Shown here piece by piece: positions 63,892 through 64,000 of a DNA stretch of 64,000 nt. Source of the DNA: a virus; IMG/VR virus record IMGVR_UViG_3300021961_000037, positions 1 to 64,000 of that record; one strand, 5' to 3'. The position numbers were made by a program, and so were the translations under genes. Each line of letters begins with the position of its first letter. Position 1 is the stretch's first letter. Under the pieces are notes generated by a model. That model worked only from the letters and a program-made list of their open reading frames with translations. It was not told where the DNA came from and searched no databases.

Positions 63892-63956
63892 GCATTTGCT
63901 ACCTTATACTTGTAGACGACACAAAATGTCGTCTCCGAGTGTGGGGTAGTAAATGC
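63892..63956 (+). promoter_or_regulatory. Long RNA hairpin sequestering the next start codon, with an internal -10 box
   Basis: 29 of 30 positions pair (5 G-U), loop CAAAA; TATACT at 63905-63910. Confidence 0.7.
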
Positions 63957-64000
63957 TTGCTGGAAGGTACAACATAGTCTGTGACCAAGGGTCAACCTTT
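63953..64000 (+). CDS. 5' end of a probable virion structural protein (MLAGRYNIVCDQGSTF...), truncated by window
   Basis: YNI..DQG.TF is a common N-terminus of phage structural Ig-like proteins. Confidence 0.55.
   Translation, partial: MLAGRYNIVCDQGSTF

Overview
The window is a 64-kb segment of a large tailed dsDNA phage with a contractile tail (HK97-fold capsid, sheath, tube, baseplate). The host is very probably an actinobacterium, given WhiB and many leaderless genes that start 6-7 nt after a TAnnnT -10 box. Layout: replication/recombination/accessory genes at 1-23.6 kb (SSB, RuvC, HNH, ParB, primase-helicase, WhiB, class II RNR, Fe/2OG dioxygenase, MazG, Tyr-phosphatase-like + HDAC-like pair, C5 methyltransferase); a minus-strand head module at 23.7-43.6 kb (portal-MuF fusion, enlarged prohead protease, major capsid); a divergent plus-strand terminase, Sak/exonuclease and IbrAB-like genes; then the tail module at 50-64 kb. 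The main find lies between protease and capsid: four large genes share an R-C-P-x-G...(F/I)-T-D...C module. Two of them also share an 88-aa block that is 86/88 identical in protein but divergent in DNA. The four end in different C-terminal domains: zincin protease, degenerate JAB-like, HipA/PI3-4K-like kinase and GNAT acetyltransferase. Each catalytically intact one is followed by a small unrelated gene, which is the architecture of a polymorphic toxin/immunity system, here probably virion-packaged. The same phage carries an early phosphatase + deacetylase operon that could erase the same classes of modification. Other findings: an overprinted ORF in the methyltransferase, a tail-chaperone -1 frameshift, a candidate second promoter class, a start-codon-sequestering hairpin with an internal promoter, and an extreme strand-skew inversion at about 6.7 kb. 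All family calls are motif recognition by eye; no searches were run.
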